Below, in pieces: positions 52,480 through 64,000 of a stretch of DNA of 64,000 nt. The notes under the pieces are model-generated. The model had not been told where the DNA came from. It did not search any database and saw only the letters and a list, made by a program, of their open reading frames with translations. Position numbers and translations under genes: made by a program. Within the stretch, counting starts at the first letter, position 1, and each line of letters starts with the position of its first letter. Source of the stretch: Raja brachyura (taxonomy: Eukaryota); contig OY740813.1 in NCBI GenBank assembly GCA_963514005.1, positions 22,320,001-22,384,000 of the forward strand, written 5' to 3'.

Positions 52480-52975
52480 ATAATTTATAGGAGCAGAATT
52501 AGGCCATTCGGCCCATCAAGTCTACTTCACCACTCAATCATGGCTGATCTCTATCTTTCTCTCTCAACCCATTCACCTACCTTCAGCTAATAACCCCTGA
52601 CATCTGTACTAATTAAGAAGCTATCAATCTCCACCTTAAAATATCCATTGACAAGGCCTCCACAGCCATCTGTGGCAAAGAATGCCACAGATTCACAACC
52701 CTTGGATGAAAGAAATCCCCCTTCATTTCCTTTCTAAAGGTAGGCCCTTTTATTCTGAGTCTATGGCCTCTGGTCCTAGACTCTCCCACTAGTGGAAACA
52801 TCCTCTCCACATCCACTCTATCCAGGCTTTTCACTATTCAGTAAGTTTCAATGAGCCCCAGTGCCGTCAAACACTAATCATATGTTAATCGAAGTATTCC
52901 TAGGATCATTTTGATAAACCTCCTTTGGACCCTCTCTAACTGGCCAGCACCACGTTCCTCAGATATGGGGCCCAA
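52480..52975 (-). mobile_element. CR1 LINE 3' fragment
   Basis: Minus ORF 52613-52834 LDRVDVERMFPLVGESRTRGHRLRIKG..F...RVVNLWHSLP; CR1 tail near 52490-52545. Confidence 0.85.
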
Positions 52976-52979
52976 AAGC

Positions 52980-53500
52980 ACTGCCCTCCCCACCATCGAA
53001 AACATCTGCAGAAAGTTATGAACTCAGACCCATCTCTCACAGGCATAGGCCTGCCTCTCCACCATCAAAAGCATCTACAAGAGGCGCTGCCTCAAGAAGA
53101 AAGCATCTATCAACAAGGATCCCATCCACCGCCTGCCCCACATGAGAGTCACGCACTGTCACCATCAGGCAGGAGCTACAGAAGCCTGATGTCCCACACA
53201 ACCAGGTTCAGGAACTACTTTCCTACGAAGCATTTCTTGAAGCAACCCAAACAAACTTAATTCTCCCTCGGTAACTAGAACACTATGGACCACCACTTGC
53301 ATTTCCAAGAAATTGCATTCTAATTGTGTTTTTAAATTATGATCTTGTTTTTTACAGACTTTTTTCACTTTCTTTGATAGTTTATGTATTGTTTGTGCTA
53401 CTGGTGTGTGGTTTGCGTGTATGTATGTGCGTGTGATGCCGCTGCAAGCAAGATTGTCACTGTATCTGTTCATCATCCTATTTCTGCATAGGACACTAAA
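52980..53500 (+). mobile_element. Rex1/Babar-like LINE 3' fragment
   Basis: PSGRSYRSLMSHTTRFRNYF motif. Similar remnants at about 32165-32280, 34150-34450 and 38500-38750 joined to 39960-40030. Confidence 0.7.
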
Positions 53501-56500
53501 TAAATAGCCAATAAAAAGTATTCATGTTATGGCCCTGATTTTTATGATTCTTATGACCTTGATTTTTAAAGCTTTGATTTTTAATGCACTGTAAAGTTTT
53601 GAGCATCATTCAAACACTTTCAAGCATTAGTATCCCAAGTTACATGTCATTCTCCATTTCAATTTTAAATATCATTCTGTTTCATGTACTGAGCAACTTC
53701 AAAAGGTCCCACATCTCAGCATTTGAAACCAATGGCTATTATCCAGTGAAAGGAATCTTCAAGTGTTACCATATAGCCATAGAGTTCGGAAACAGGCCCT
53801 TCGGTCCCACTTGCCCATGCCAACCCAGTCGCCCCATCTACATGTCCCAACTGGCCGCAGTTGGCCATATCTCTCCACACCTTTCCTGTCTATGTACCTG
53901 TCCAAATGTCCTTTAATGTTTAAGAGAACTGCAGATGTTGATTTACATCAAAAATATGCACAAAATGCTCGAGTAACTCAGTGGGTCAGGCAGCACCTCT
54001 GGAGAAAAGGAATAGGTGACATTTTGGGCTGAGACCCTTCATCCCCCCCCCCCGAGTGTCAGGGAGGGGGGACACTAGAAGTTTGGGAAAACACAGATCA
54101 AAGCAGATCCTGCTTTGATAACTCAGGAATTAACTTTCTTTAAATGTTATATTTTTTATCAATTTCCTACAAATGCCCCGCTAATTGGGTCAGTTAGTGA
54201 AATATGTATTCATGGTCCACCATCAGAAAAGAGCAGCGTCTGAAACGGGGCCAAGTCTTGCAGGAAGCAGATTTGGCTTCACTTTGTAGCTGATCATTTG
54301 ACGATGCCTGGACCTCACTTTAGCACGAGCACATTTCAGAGACCATTGTATGCTTGCATTAACAGCTTCCAATTAAGTTGCTCAAAGTGAGGCAGAGATG
54401 ATGCTACATCATTGGGTGGGGCAGGGAAGAAGATATTTTAGATAAAGAAGGGAAATTTGCACATTAAGGTGATGGCATTTGGAAGATATTTATTCAAGTC
54501 CTGCTCAAGGACTGGGAACTGCTTTTTTTTTGAGTAAATGGTATTCGTAACAGCGCAACTATATCACAAAAGTAAGGGCACAACTGTCTTAAAACAAATA
54601 CATTCCACAAACAATGATCGCCCTCTGCATCAGTGAATGCAGCATTTCATGTGTAATCATCCCTTCCTCACCTTCCTACCCTTCTCTGCACTGAAACCCT
54701 TTCAGTTCCAGCAAACTTTGTTTGACTGCTTCCAAAATTTGACATTTCCTGTGGTTAGCTACATTGTGATATAATATTAAAGCACTGCGGTGGGAAAAAG
54801 GCCAGGAAATGTGACATTAAAATGAGGACTAAATTATGTCTGCAAACCTTGTTCTAATTAACCCATTTAACCTGAAGACACATGGGCTTGACTCCTCATT
54901 GTCATTCCATGGAAGCAACCAGCATCCCTCTACGTATAATAGACATCTCACGCACACTAAAAGGAGGAATTCCATTACACCTCGTTGTTTATGATAATAA
55001 ACTAAACTGGTCTGAAAATCCATCAGACCTCTGCAAAATGCAGTGGCAACAAATTTCACTCAAGTTCATTATGTAGACCAAGTTTCCTGCTACTCTTTAC
55101 CACATCCTCTCCACCTATAAATAATACATATGTAATTAAGTGAAAACTAAATACAACTCCTCCCAAGAACGCCTCTGAGAATAATTCAGGTTCGAATGCT
55201 TCCAAGATAATGCACATGATGTTTGAAATTAATGACACACCACAATGACACTCTGCTGAAACGCACACGGACAATGTACAATGTAATTGCAATCTTTCCA
55301 CAGGCTTCTGTTACATTATATGTGAAATACCTTTAATGCACGTTTTTTTCCCCTTTTGTTATCAACATAAATAATGGCAGGACAAAATAGATAAAGTGAA
55401 TGTCAGTGAAGGTCACCTTTGTTCAACTACAATGTGACATACAGAGTGACCCATTAAAACCTCACAGGAAATAAAGAGAAATTCATTTGGTGTAAATTTT
55501 GCCCAAAGTATCCAGTCATTATGAATATTCATCAAGGGGTAATTATCAATCTCTTTCAATTCCATCAAAGATATTTTGCCTCCAAGGGGTCAGAACACCG
55601 AGTCCAATGAAGGGAATTTATTTTATTAACAAACTGGAAGCACAGCATCATGAGAACACAATTTACAGAATACATAATCACGTTTAGAAATGTCTGTCAA
55701 TTTGATCTGCATATTTTCTAACCAAAGTAAAATTTCAACATTCATATTCAGCTTAGTAAAAATGGACTAAATCACTAATCCAAGCTACTATAAACCTCTC
55801 AAAATATCATTTTTACTTTTGAGACAATTGAAATTCCTAAGAGCATTTCGCCATTTAAAAAATATGCAAAATAACATCTCTTGTTTATTAAAAAAAAACC
55901 AATATTCTTTGTTAGGCACTGAATTACCAGAATCTCATTTTTTAAACCCATATAATTAATGCTTTGTCCCAGCCTTACCCTAGTCAACTCTGCTTACATC
56001 AACACTCAAACATTGTGCGTAAATTTGTGATTTTTATATCATAACCAACAGTCAATGAAGAAGGGAGATTTACCACTTCTCCGGAATGTTTGATGGATGC
56101 ACTGCAGTATAAAGAAAGGTGTTATGGAGAGAGAAATTGATGAAGCCTTCAGATGACAATATTAAAAAAAATTGATGCTAATTTATCTGAACAACTCTGC
56201 TCTTAATTCCTTTAATGATATCTATTGTGAAACTCCAGCCCAATTCCTTTCCTATTTATTACAGCAAGGCTTAATGTTCTAAACATTTTCATTCCCATCA
56301 CCTATAATTACAATTATGATTAGTTAAGTCACCTCCTCGTAATTAACACACAAATTTCAGCATTCCCATTCTAGCTATGATGAATATTACATGGGGTTAT
56401 TGATGAATAGCAATCTCAAAAGAGCGCTTTATCCATTTACACTCCAGTCATGTCCTTAAAGAACACCAGAACAGTTTAGATCAAAATCCCGTTCTAGAAC

Positions 56501-56651
56501 CTGTGCTTTGTTTTTTGAAACCAAGTACACTGCTGACACATAACATAAATACAATATTATTTTCTAGTAATACAGACATCATTTTTTTCTGTAACTTTCC
56601 ATCTCATCAAGTACAGCCTGCCGCAATTTCGGGGCATGTTAGAGAATAGAT

Positions 56652-57202
56652 TGCCCCTGACCCACTGCGGCGACCTAATTGGCGAATTTAGAAGAGTTTT
56701 CCCTGGACATACTCGCAGCATGGTCAACACGAGGTCCTCGGAGGTCTTTGTAACTTTCCTTCATGCTCGAGAGTAGTCCCCTGTGTACTCAAGGCCTCAG
56801 CTCGGTCGTACCGTATTTTTCAACATGCTGATAAATGCCCGGCGAGTAAAAAAAAGGACGCCATGGTAAATAAAACGATATTTTTTTTACTCATAGGTTT
56901 AGTCGCAGTAGGTCGTAGTAGGTCCGCATGTTATTCGTAGCTAATCGAGGGTAGTCGAAGGTAGTCGAAGGTAGTCGTAGATAGTCTTCAACATTATCGG
57001 AGGTCGAAAGAGATCGAAGAAGGTCGTCTTCACGCTCCACTATTCGGTGTCCAATTTTCCCGAAGCTAGTCGAAGCTAGTCTTCAACATAGTCCAAGGAG
57101 GTCGAAGGAGGTCTTCTACATAATCGAAGGAGGTCTTCAACATGACACTTTTTCAAACTCTCCTAAACTTACCAATTACGTCACTGCAGTGGGACAGCCC
57201 CT
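56652..57202. mobile_element. Related Harbinger-type MITE with internal GGTAGTCGAA-like tandem repeats
   Basis: Ends ctgacccactgcggcgacctaatt ... aattacgtcactgcagtgggacag; shares the TTCAACATG.TGA motif with the 44854 MITE; TSD not clear. Confidence 0.7.
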
Positions 57203-57789
57203 TCAGTGGGGAAATGAGAGAGGGAGGGCATTGCTCCAAAAGCCAGCAGAGCTACAATGGGCTGAATGTCGTTTTTCGGTGGCGCATGAAAATGAGATAT
57301 GTATGCATTTAATTAGGCACAAGGCATTTGTGAAACAAAGAAATTGAGAGAATCTCAATCCTGCTGAAACATGCCATATCAGCCTTTCAAGTTAATATTC
57401 CAACAGTTCGACTCAAAAATGTGAAAGACTTTTTGTAAATTAGATAATGAAATAGCATTTAACACTATTGACCTGTTTCTGGCTGTCCTGCAGTCCTTAA
57501 GTAAACTCTCTTTTCAGAAAAGCACACATCACAATTCAAATGTCAGGAAGTTTGGTATACAAACACGGTTCAGATCTCAATACAATTATAGTTTAGTCTA
57601 TTTCTGATGATAAATTAGCTGCTCATGTTGTCCATGTAACTTAAAACAATGCAGATTCCCACAAGCTGCATTTGTAATGCTCTAGGGGAAAGGAACTGCA
57701 GTATATGAGACTTGCGAATCAACAGTTACTGTAGAAATATTCTGATGCAAGGATGCAATGGGCAGTTTACCTGACAACATTTATTATAT

Positions 57790-58011
57790 CGACACAAAAT
57801 GCTGGAGTAACTCAGCGGGTCAGGCAGCAACTCTGGAGAAGAGGAACGGGTGATGATTCGATCGATACCTTTCTTCAGACTGATGAAGGGTCTCGACACG
57901 ACACGTCACCAATTCCTTTTCTCCAGAGATGCTACCTGACCCGTTGAGTTACTCCAGCATTTTTGTGTCTATCTTTGGTGCAAACCAGCAGCTGCAGTTC
58001 CTTCTTAAACA
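57790..58011. mobile_element. Palindromic Penelope-like pLTR insertion
   Basis: Same layout as the 22765 copy, flanked by tttattatat / tttagtatat. Confidence 0.72.
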
Positions 58012-58654
58012 TTTAGTATATTACCAGTTGATCTTCTAATGCATTGCAGAAGTAAAATAAGGACATATAACATTCAGGTGAAATACTTAAAAGATATAGA
58101 ATAAAGCAGCATATCTCACCAACTGGAAGAACATTGAAAGGCTTGGACCAATGGTCCAGTTATACATATCCAAATCGCTCTGCCCTAGTTGGAGAATTTA
58201 GATTCAAGTAATTAAGCAAATCTTGAATAAAAAGTAACGAGCAGTAATGACAACCATGAAACAACCCTTCCCCAACCAAGACAGATGATAGACTTTGTAT
58301 AGGTTGCACTACGCACTAATATTACTGTCGCAGCAATGTCTCTGCAAAGCTGCAGCAAGTATGTGTTTCATTGTGTCATTGTGGTCCTGGTGCATATGGC
58401 AATTAAAGTACTCTTGACACCTCTGGTCAGTACTGCATTTGTCAGAAAATTGAACTGGACACTTGTCAGCGGACACCCTCGCAACTGGGATACGATTTGT
58501 TTATCAGTATTTCAGGCAACCACATCTCTTCATGTGCAAATGCTCTTTTTCAAGCATTGGGGATGATTTTCAACACACAGTGAGGGTGGAATGCACTGCG
58601 AGGAGTGCAGGTGGAGGGAGATGGAATTGGAGCATTCAAACAGGAGCTGAGTAA

Positions 58655-59006
58655 TGCCCCTGTCCCACTGTACGAGGTAATTCACGAGTTCTCCCGAGTT
58701 TTCCCCTGATTCGAACTCGGAGAATGTCCGTAGCGGGTCCGCAGGAGTTCGTAGATGTCCGTAGCGGCTCGTAATGCCGCTACGAGATGGTATGTATAAA
58801 AAGTAACAATTTTTTTCATCACAAGTATTTTTGTACTCATGGACATTTTTTGCAGGGATGAAAAAACATCACGAGTTTACCGGATGTCCCAAGTACACAC
58901 CGTTAGCATTACGAGCCACTACGAGACATCCACGAACTCCACGGACCCGCTACGGGGGAAATCTCGGGAGAACTCGTGAATTACCTCATATAGTGGGACA
59001 GGGGCT
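58655..59006. mobile_element. PIF/Harbinger-type MITE inserted in a CR1 3' remnant
   Basis: About 40-bp near-perfect TIR (gcccctgtcccactgtacgaggtaattcacgagttctcccgag); TAA duplicated at 58652-58654 and 59007-59009; flanks rejoin as CR1-like sequence. Confidence 0.88.
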
Positions 59007-60124
59007 TAAGTGACTGAAAGTAAAGAATCTGCTGGGCCATGGAGAAAAGGCAGGGGAGTGGAACTTGGTGGTCTGTTCTTGCAGAGAGCTAGTACTGACT
59101 CAATAAGCTTTGGTCCGTGCTGCAACCATTCCGCGATTCTGTGAACTTGAATCACAATTTCCCAGGGATGTCTGTCATTCAGTATTTACTCCTCCAGTGA
59201 CATTCCAGCCGGCCTCCATGCCCCACATCAATCTCTGCCCCTCCTCTACATTAAAGCTGCCCATCCTTCACAACATTCACAACCTTACTCACAGGCAACA
59301 AACTGGTGGTGTAACTCAGTCAGTCAGGCAGGCATCAGCAAAGGGAAAAGGACAGTCCACGGAAGGGTCTCTTGTCCATTTCCCTCCACAGATGCTGCCT
59401 GGCCCGCTGAGTTCTTCCAGCAATTTATATATATTTTACTCCAGATTCCAGCATCTGCACTCTTTTGCGCCTGCCCTGACTCTCTCTCTCTCTCTCACTC
59501 TCTCGTCAATCTCCAGCAACTATTCATTCCCTTCCCCACCCAACAATGCTTTAGAGCTCACCCTTCTAACCCAGCACACCAGAGACTCAGGGCCCACAAA
59601 CCTTCCCCCATCAGCAGTCTCACTCCAAAGACGAGTACCAGCAAGTTCCCAAATCCTCACCTCAACTTTATACAAAAATGCACAAAGTCCTGAATGAGCT
59701 GCAGACACTTCTACCGATGGGAGCAGGAATTGCCTGACAGGGCAATGGCGGCTAGTTTGCAACATAGGGTAGACAGCCAAAGTCTTTTCCCCCAGACAGG
59801 ACATGTCAAAGGATTAAACTGAAAGGTGCAAAGTTTAAAGGAGAAATGCAAGGACAAGTTTTTGTTTAAACACAGATTAGTGGGTGTCTGGAACACGCTG
59901 CCAGGGGTGGCGGTGGAGGAAGATACGAAAGTGACACTTAAAAGGTTTTTAGATGGGTACATGGATGTGCTGAGAATGGAGGGATATGGATCATATGCAG
60001 GCAGAGGAAATAAGTTTATCCTGGCATCATATTCAGTTCAGACATTGTGGGCCGAAGGGCCTGTTCTTGTGCTGTATTGCTCTATGCTCTATGATACTGT
60101 GTTCCTTCGACTACTTACACATGG

Positions 60125-60540
60125 TTTAGTTTAGTCTAGTTTGGAAACGGCCCACCGAGTCCGCGCCGACCAGTGATCACCGCACACTGACGCAATCCTA
60201 CACACACTAGGACAACTAGGACACTAGGGACAATTTGCATTTCTATCAAGGTAAATAAACTACTAATCTGTTCGTCTTTGAAGTCTGGGAGCAAACTGAA
60301 AATCTCGGAGAAAGCCCACACAGTCACGGGGAGAATGTACAAACTTCATACAGATAAGCACCCGTAGTCGGGATCAAACACAGGTATCTGTCTCTACCGC
60401 TGCGCCACCGTGCCGGTACCGCCACCGGTTTATGTGAACTTCTGATGCATAGCGTTGAGATTTAGAGATGCAGCAGGGAAACAGGCCCTTTGGCCACCGA
60501 GTCCACACCGACCAGTGATCACCCGTCCATACTAGTTCTA
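60125..60540 (-). mobile_element. HE1/V-SINE-like SINE plus a second tail fragment
   Basis: Reverse copy at 60125-60425. A 5'-truncated plus copy lies at about 62490-62740. Confidence 0.82.
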
Positions 60541-61174
60541 TGTGGAAGCAAAGAATTGTGGATTCTGGTTTACTAAGGAAAGATACTTAATGCTGGAGTA
60601 AGTCAGCGGATCAGGCAGCATCTCTGGAGAACATGGATAGTTGACGTTTCAAGTCAGGACCCTTCTTCAGGCATTTTTGTCACTGAAGGATAACATTAAT
60701 GCAAATCCTCAGAAACTTCTCAGATTTTTTTGGTGTAAATATCAGGATATGTCTGATTTTTGGGGCATTAAAAGTTGGTGTTGTCATTCCACAAGGCAGT
60801 GGCTCAGCCTTTTAAATGAGGCAAGAATTGACAAAATTAATATTGTTTCAATGTTGTGAGAACCAAGTAAGTAATCTATGAGCCCGTATAACGTCCAACA
60901 TCTCTGTCCATTCATTTCCCCTGAATGATAACGGGATAGTTTAATCGCCCTTAGCGTAGCATCCCTCTTCTACCTTTGACAGGTTTCCTTCTCCTTGACT
61001 GGTAAGAAATAGAATAGCATGTTCACTCATATAACTGAGCATCTGGCTGCACTTTGACAGCAAGAATGTAACCGGAAATAAGAAATAAAAATAAAAGACA
61101 GGCAGGACCAGCACCGAGCAGAGATAACATTTTAACTTGATGATCCTTCATTGTGGGAAAGAACTGGTTGTAGA

Positions 61175-61462
61175 CATAGACATAGACAATAGCTGCAGGA
61201 GGAGGCCATTCGGCCCTTCGAGCCAGCACCCCCATTCATTGTGATCATGGCTGATCGTCTCCTATCAATAACCCGTGCCTGCCTTCTCCCCATATCCCTT
61301 GATTCCACTAGCTCCTAGAGCTCTATCTAACTCTCTCTTAAATCTATCCAGTGACTTGGCCTCCACTGCCCTCTGTGGCAGGGAATTCCACAAATTCACA
61401 ACTCTCTGGGTGAAAAAGGTTTTTCTCACCTCAGTCTTAAATGACCTCCCCTTTATTCTAAG
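61175..61462 (-). mobile_element. CR1 LINE 3' end
   Basis: LRIKGRSFKTEVRKTFFTQRVVNLWNSLPQ...GYGEKAGTGY plus tail. Similar tails at about 21940-22080(-), 33965-34095(+), 40035-40115(-), 43380-43590(+), 59740-60095(+) and 62965-63115(+). Confidence 0.85.
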
Positions 61463-64000
61463 ATAAAGTTCTAGTTGTAGTGGACGTTGTTTGCCACAGG
61501 GATCTACAAAGCCGATTACATCATTCAATGAGCAAAAACAAAGCGCAGGAGGAACTCGGTGCATCAGGATACACCTTTGGAGAGACATGGACAGATGACA
61601 TTTCGGGTCTGGACCTTTCTTCAGATTGTGAGATAGCTGATAGAGAAGGTTACCTCCCCTCTACTCTTTCAGTCTGGTTGAAGAGGCAGAGAAGACCTGC
61701 TTAACCTGGCATCATGTTTGCCCTTCAAATGATTCAAAGGCTGCTGCAGGAAGAATTGTCACGCCTCGTGTAATGGAGCTGATTATATATTGCTCAAACA
61801 GTTTTGCTGGGCTACTAATTTAAAATGCAGACCATTTGCCTGCATGGGCAGAAACACAGCTATTCATATGGATCAGTTTACTAAAGAACATATTCTACGT
61901 ATCCCAGAAACCTTGTGAGCAACTGGCCCAAGAGATTTTTGCATTCAACAAGTTGTTACCAACGTCTTACATTTTTCTTTAGACAGCAATGAGGGTACCT
62001 CAGCAGAAAGCAAAAGAAAATCCACAGGGACAGACACTGTGATTTTGAGCAAAACCCAAAGTGCTGGAGGAACTCAGTGGTCAGGCAGAAACTGTGGAAG
62101 GAATGGACAGATGACATTTTGTGTCAGGACTCTTCTTCAGACTGGTAGACACAAAATGCTGGAGCTCAATCTGAATAAGGGTCTCGACCCGAAACATCAC
62201 CCATTCCTTCTCTCCAGATACGCTGCCTGTCCCACTGAGTTACTCCAACATTTTGTGTCTATCTTTGATTTAAACCAGCATCTGCAGTTTTTTCCCACCC
62301 TTCTTCAGACTGACATATTTTAATAAACTACGGAAGATTATTGGAAACAGGATGTATCAAGGAAGAGACACAGGAGAATGCAGATGCTGAAATCTAGAGC
62401 AAAAGCCAAGCTGCTGGAGGAAATCAACAGGTCACACAAGATCAGTGTATGGAAATGGACAGTTGATGTCAAGCCCCTTCAGACACATCTGTACGGGTGC
62501 TGTCTATACGGAGTTTGTACGTTCTCCCTGTGACCATATGAGTTTTCTCCGGGTGCTCCGGTTTCCTCACACAATCCAAAGATGTACAGGCTTATCGGTT
62601 AATTGGCTTCGGTAAAATTGTAAGTTATCCCTAGTTGTAGGATAGTGCTGCTAGTGTCTGGGGTAACAGCTGGTCAGTGAGGACTCGGTGGGCCGAAGGG
62701 CCTGTTTCTGCTCTATGTCTCTAATGTTTAAAGTCTAAAGATGATGCCTGGCCCACTGAGTGAAAAAGGAGCCCATCTCAAAATAGGGTCTGTCTATTTC
62801 TCTTCATGGACGCTGCCTGACCTGTTCAGTTGCCCCAGCTGTAATTCTTTTGCTGTACCCAAGGTAGAGCCATTTAGAGACCAACTTCCATAATACAGCA
62901 GCTTGCTGGTTTTCCCACTGGCGTTGGAACAGCGGGAGATAAGAAAAAGCAGGAAGCTGGTCAGGTTTAGCTCTTACGGCTAATGGAATCAAGGGATATG
63001 GGGAATAAGCGGGATACTGATTTTGAATGATCAACCATGATCATATTGAATGGCGGTGCTGGCTCGAAGGGCCGAATGGCCTACACCTGCACCTATTTTC
63101 TATGTTTTCTATGTTTGTAAGGGTGCAGCAAGTGCAAGAAGATTCCAGGAACAAGGTGGAATAAAATTGGGAAGCAGTTGATGTGGAGGATTTTTTTGTT
63201 GGCTGGAGTTAATGGATGTGCAGGACTTCATTGGGATAGCCATGGAATGCATGACTGCGAATAAGCTGGAATTTTGGGAAGGGGTCCAAACTGGCAGTAA
63301 GGAAAAATATGTCACGCTGAGAAAGGGGGAAGAAGATACAAACAACACCTTGGGTGCAAAGTTTGAAACGGATCACACAAAATGGGTTTTGTCAATAGAT
63401 AAAAACTCATCGAAAGGAAAATACAGGGAATCATGACAGAAGTCTCCTCGTGGCGATCCCCAGACACGACGACACGATGCACTCCACGGCGCATCGGGCG
63501 ATCAATTCTGTCAACATGTTGGACAACGACAGAAGCCAACAGCGAGCTACACGTCATCTGACACATGAACAAACAAAATGGAAATACAGGAATGAGGAAC
63601 GTGGTGGAAATTTAGACCTGGATGTCATTAGCATCAATATTATACGAGGCCACACGAGAAGCCACTGCGACAAAATCATAAATTGAACAGCTATGCAGTA
63701 ATTTGTGTATAATCTTAAACTTGGCAATAAAGTCAAAAAAGAATCAAAGGCTTCTTTTTCCCTTCCACCTCCTCACATTGAGTGTCCCCAGAGAACATGC
63801 TTCCCTCACTGTGGCTCCAGCCTGTGATCGATTCAGTCAGCTATTCTAAAAGCATTCATTACTGTGCAAGAGGAATCAGCTTCAACGACCTTGCTGGCCC
63901 TGGTCCTATCCCTGATTTTGTGCGCGTGTGCATTCACACAGCTCTACCCGCACTTGTTGTCACAAAGCAGATGAAGTATCATCCTAAACAGAAGTTAAGT

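Noticed and set aside
59110-59697. 195-aa ORF
   Set aside because: No recognisable domain; runs through a pLTR-type repeat and a CT microsatellite, antisense to the host gene.
61971-61998. Possible 28-nt minus-strand exon
   Set aside because: Weak GAG acceptor and donor context; no similarity to DENND1A.
42320-64000. Preceding DENND1A exon (RNLTEYFVAVD...KLST)
   Set aside because: Not found by eye and probably beyond the window; the following exon (ISSLKNRLKK...) was likewise not found in 1-2436. A TBLASTN would settle both.

Overview
Eukaryotic, repeat-rich intronic DNA; the repeat families point to a cartilaginous fish, probably a skate or ray (inference). The window lies inside a minus-strand gene matching vertebrate DENND1A as I recall it: three coding exons (42218-42318, 12444-12489, 2437-2538; 101+46+102 nt) have GT-AG ends and splice in frame into 83 aa of DENN domain. 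None appears in the ORF track. The introns hold a complete but decayed DIRS1-type tyrosine-recombinase retrotransposon (25937-30673), a decayed Tc1 transposon, three Harbinger-type MITEs, about 20 HE1/V-SINE-like SINEs, CR1 and Rex1-like LINE remnants, DeuSINE-like relics, and many Penelope-like pLTR fragments whose consensus matches a minimal hammerhead ribozyme. The best leads are (1) a splice-site layout in the DIRS element that could give the ATG-less recombinase a start codon, (2) short hammerhead-bearing insertions with target-site duplications, and (3) TE-free homeobox-motif-rich blocks that may be LHX2-locus enhancers. No prokaryotic genes, CRISPR arrays or rRNA were found. Family names come from recalled motifs, not database searches, and boundaries of decayed repeats are approximate.
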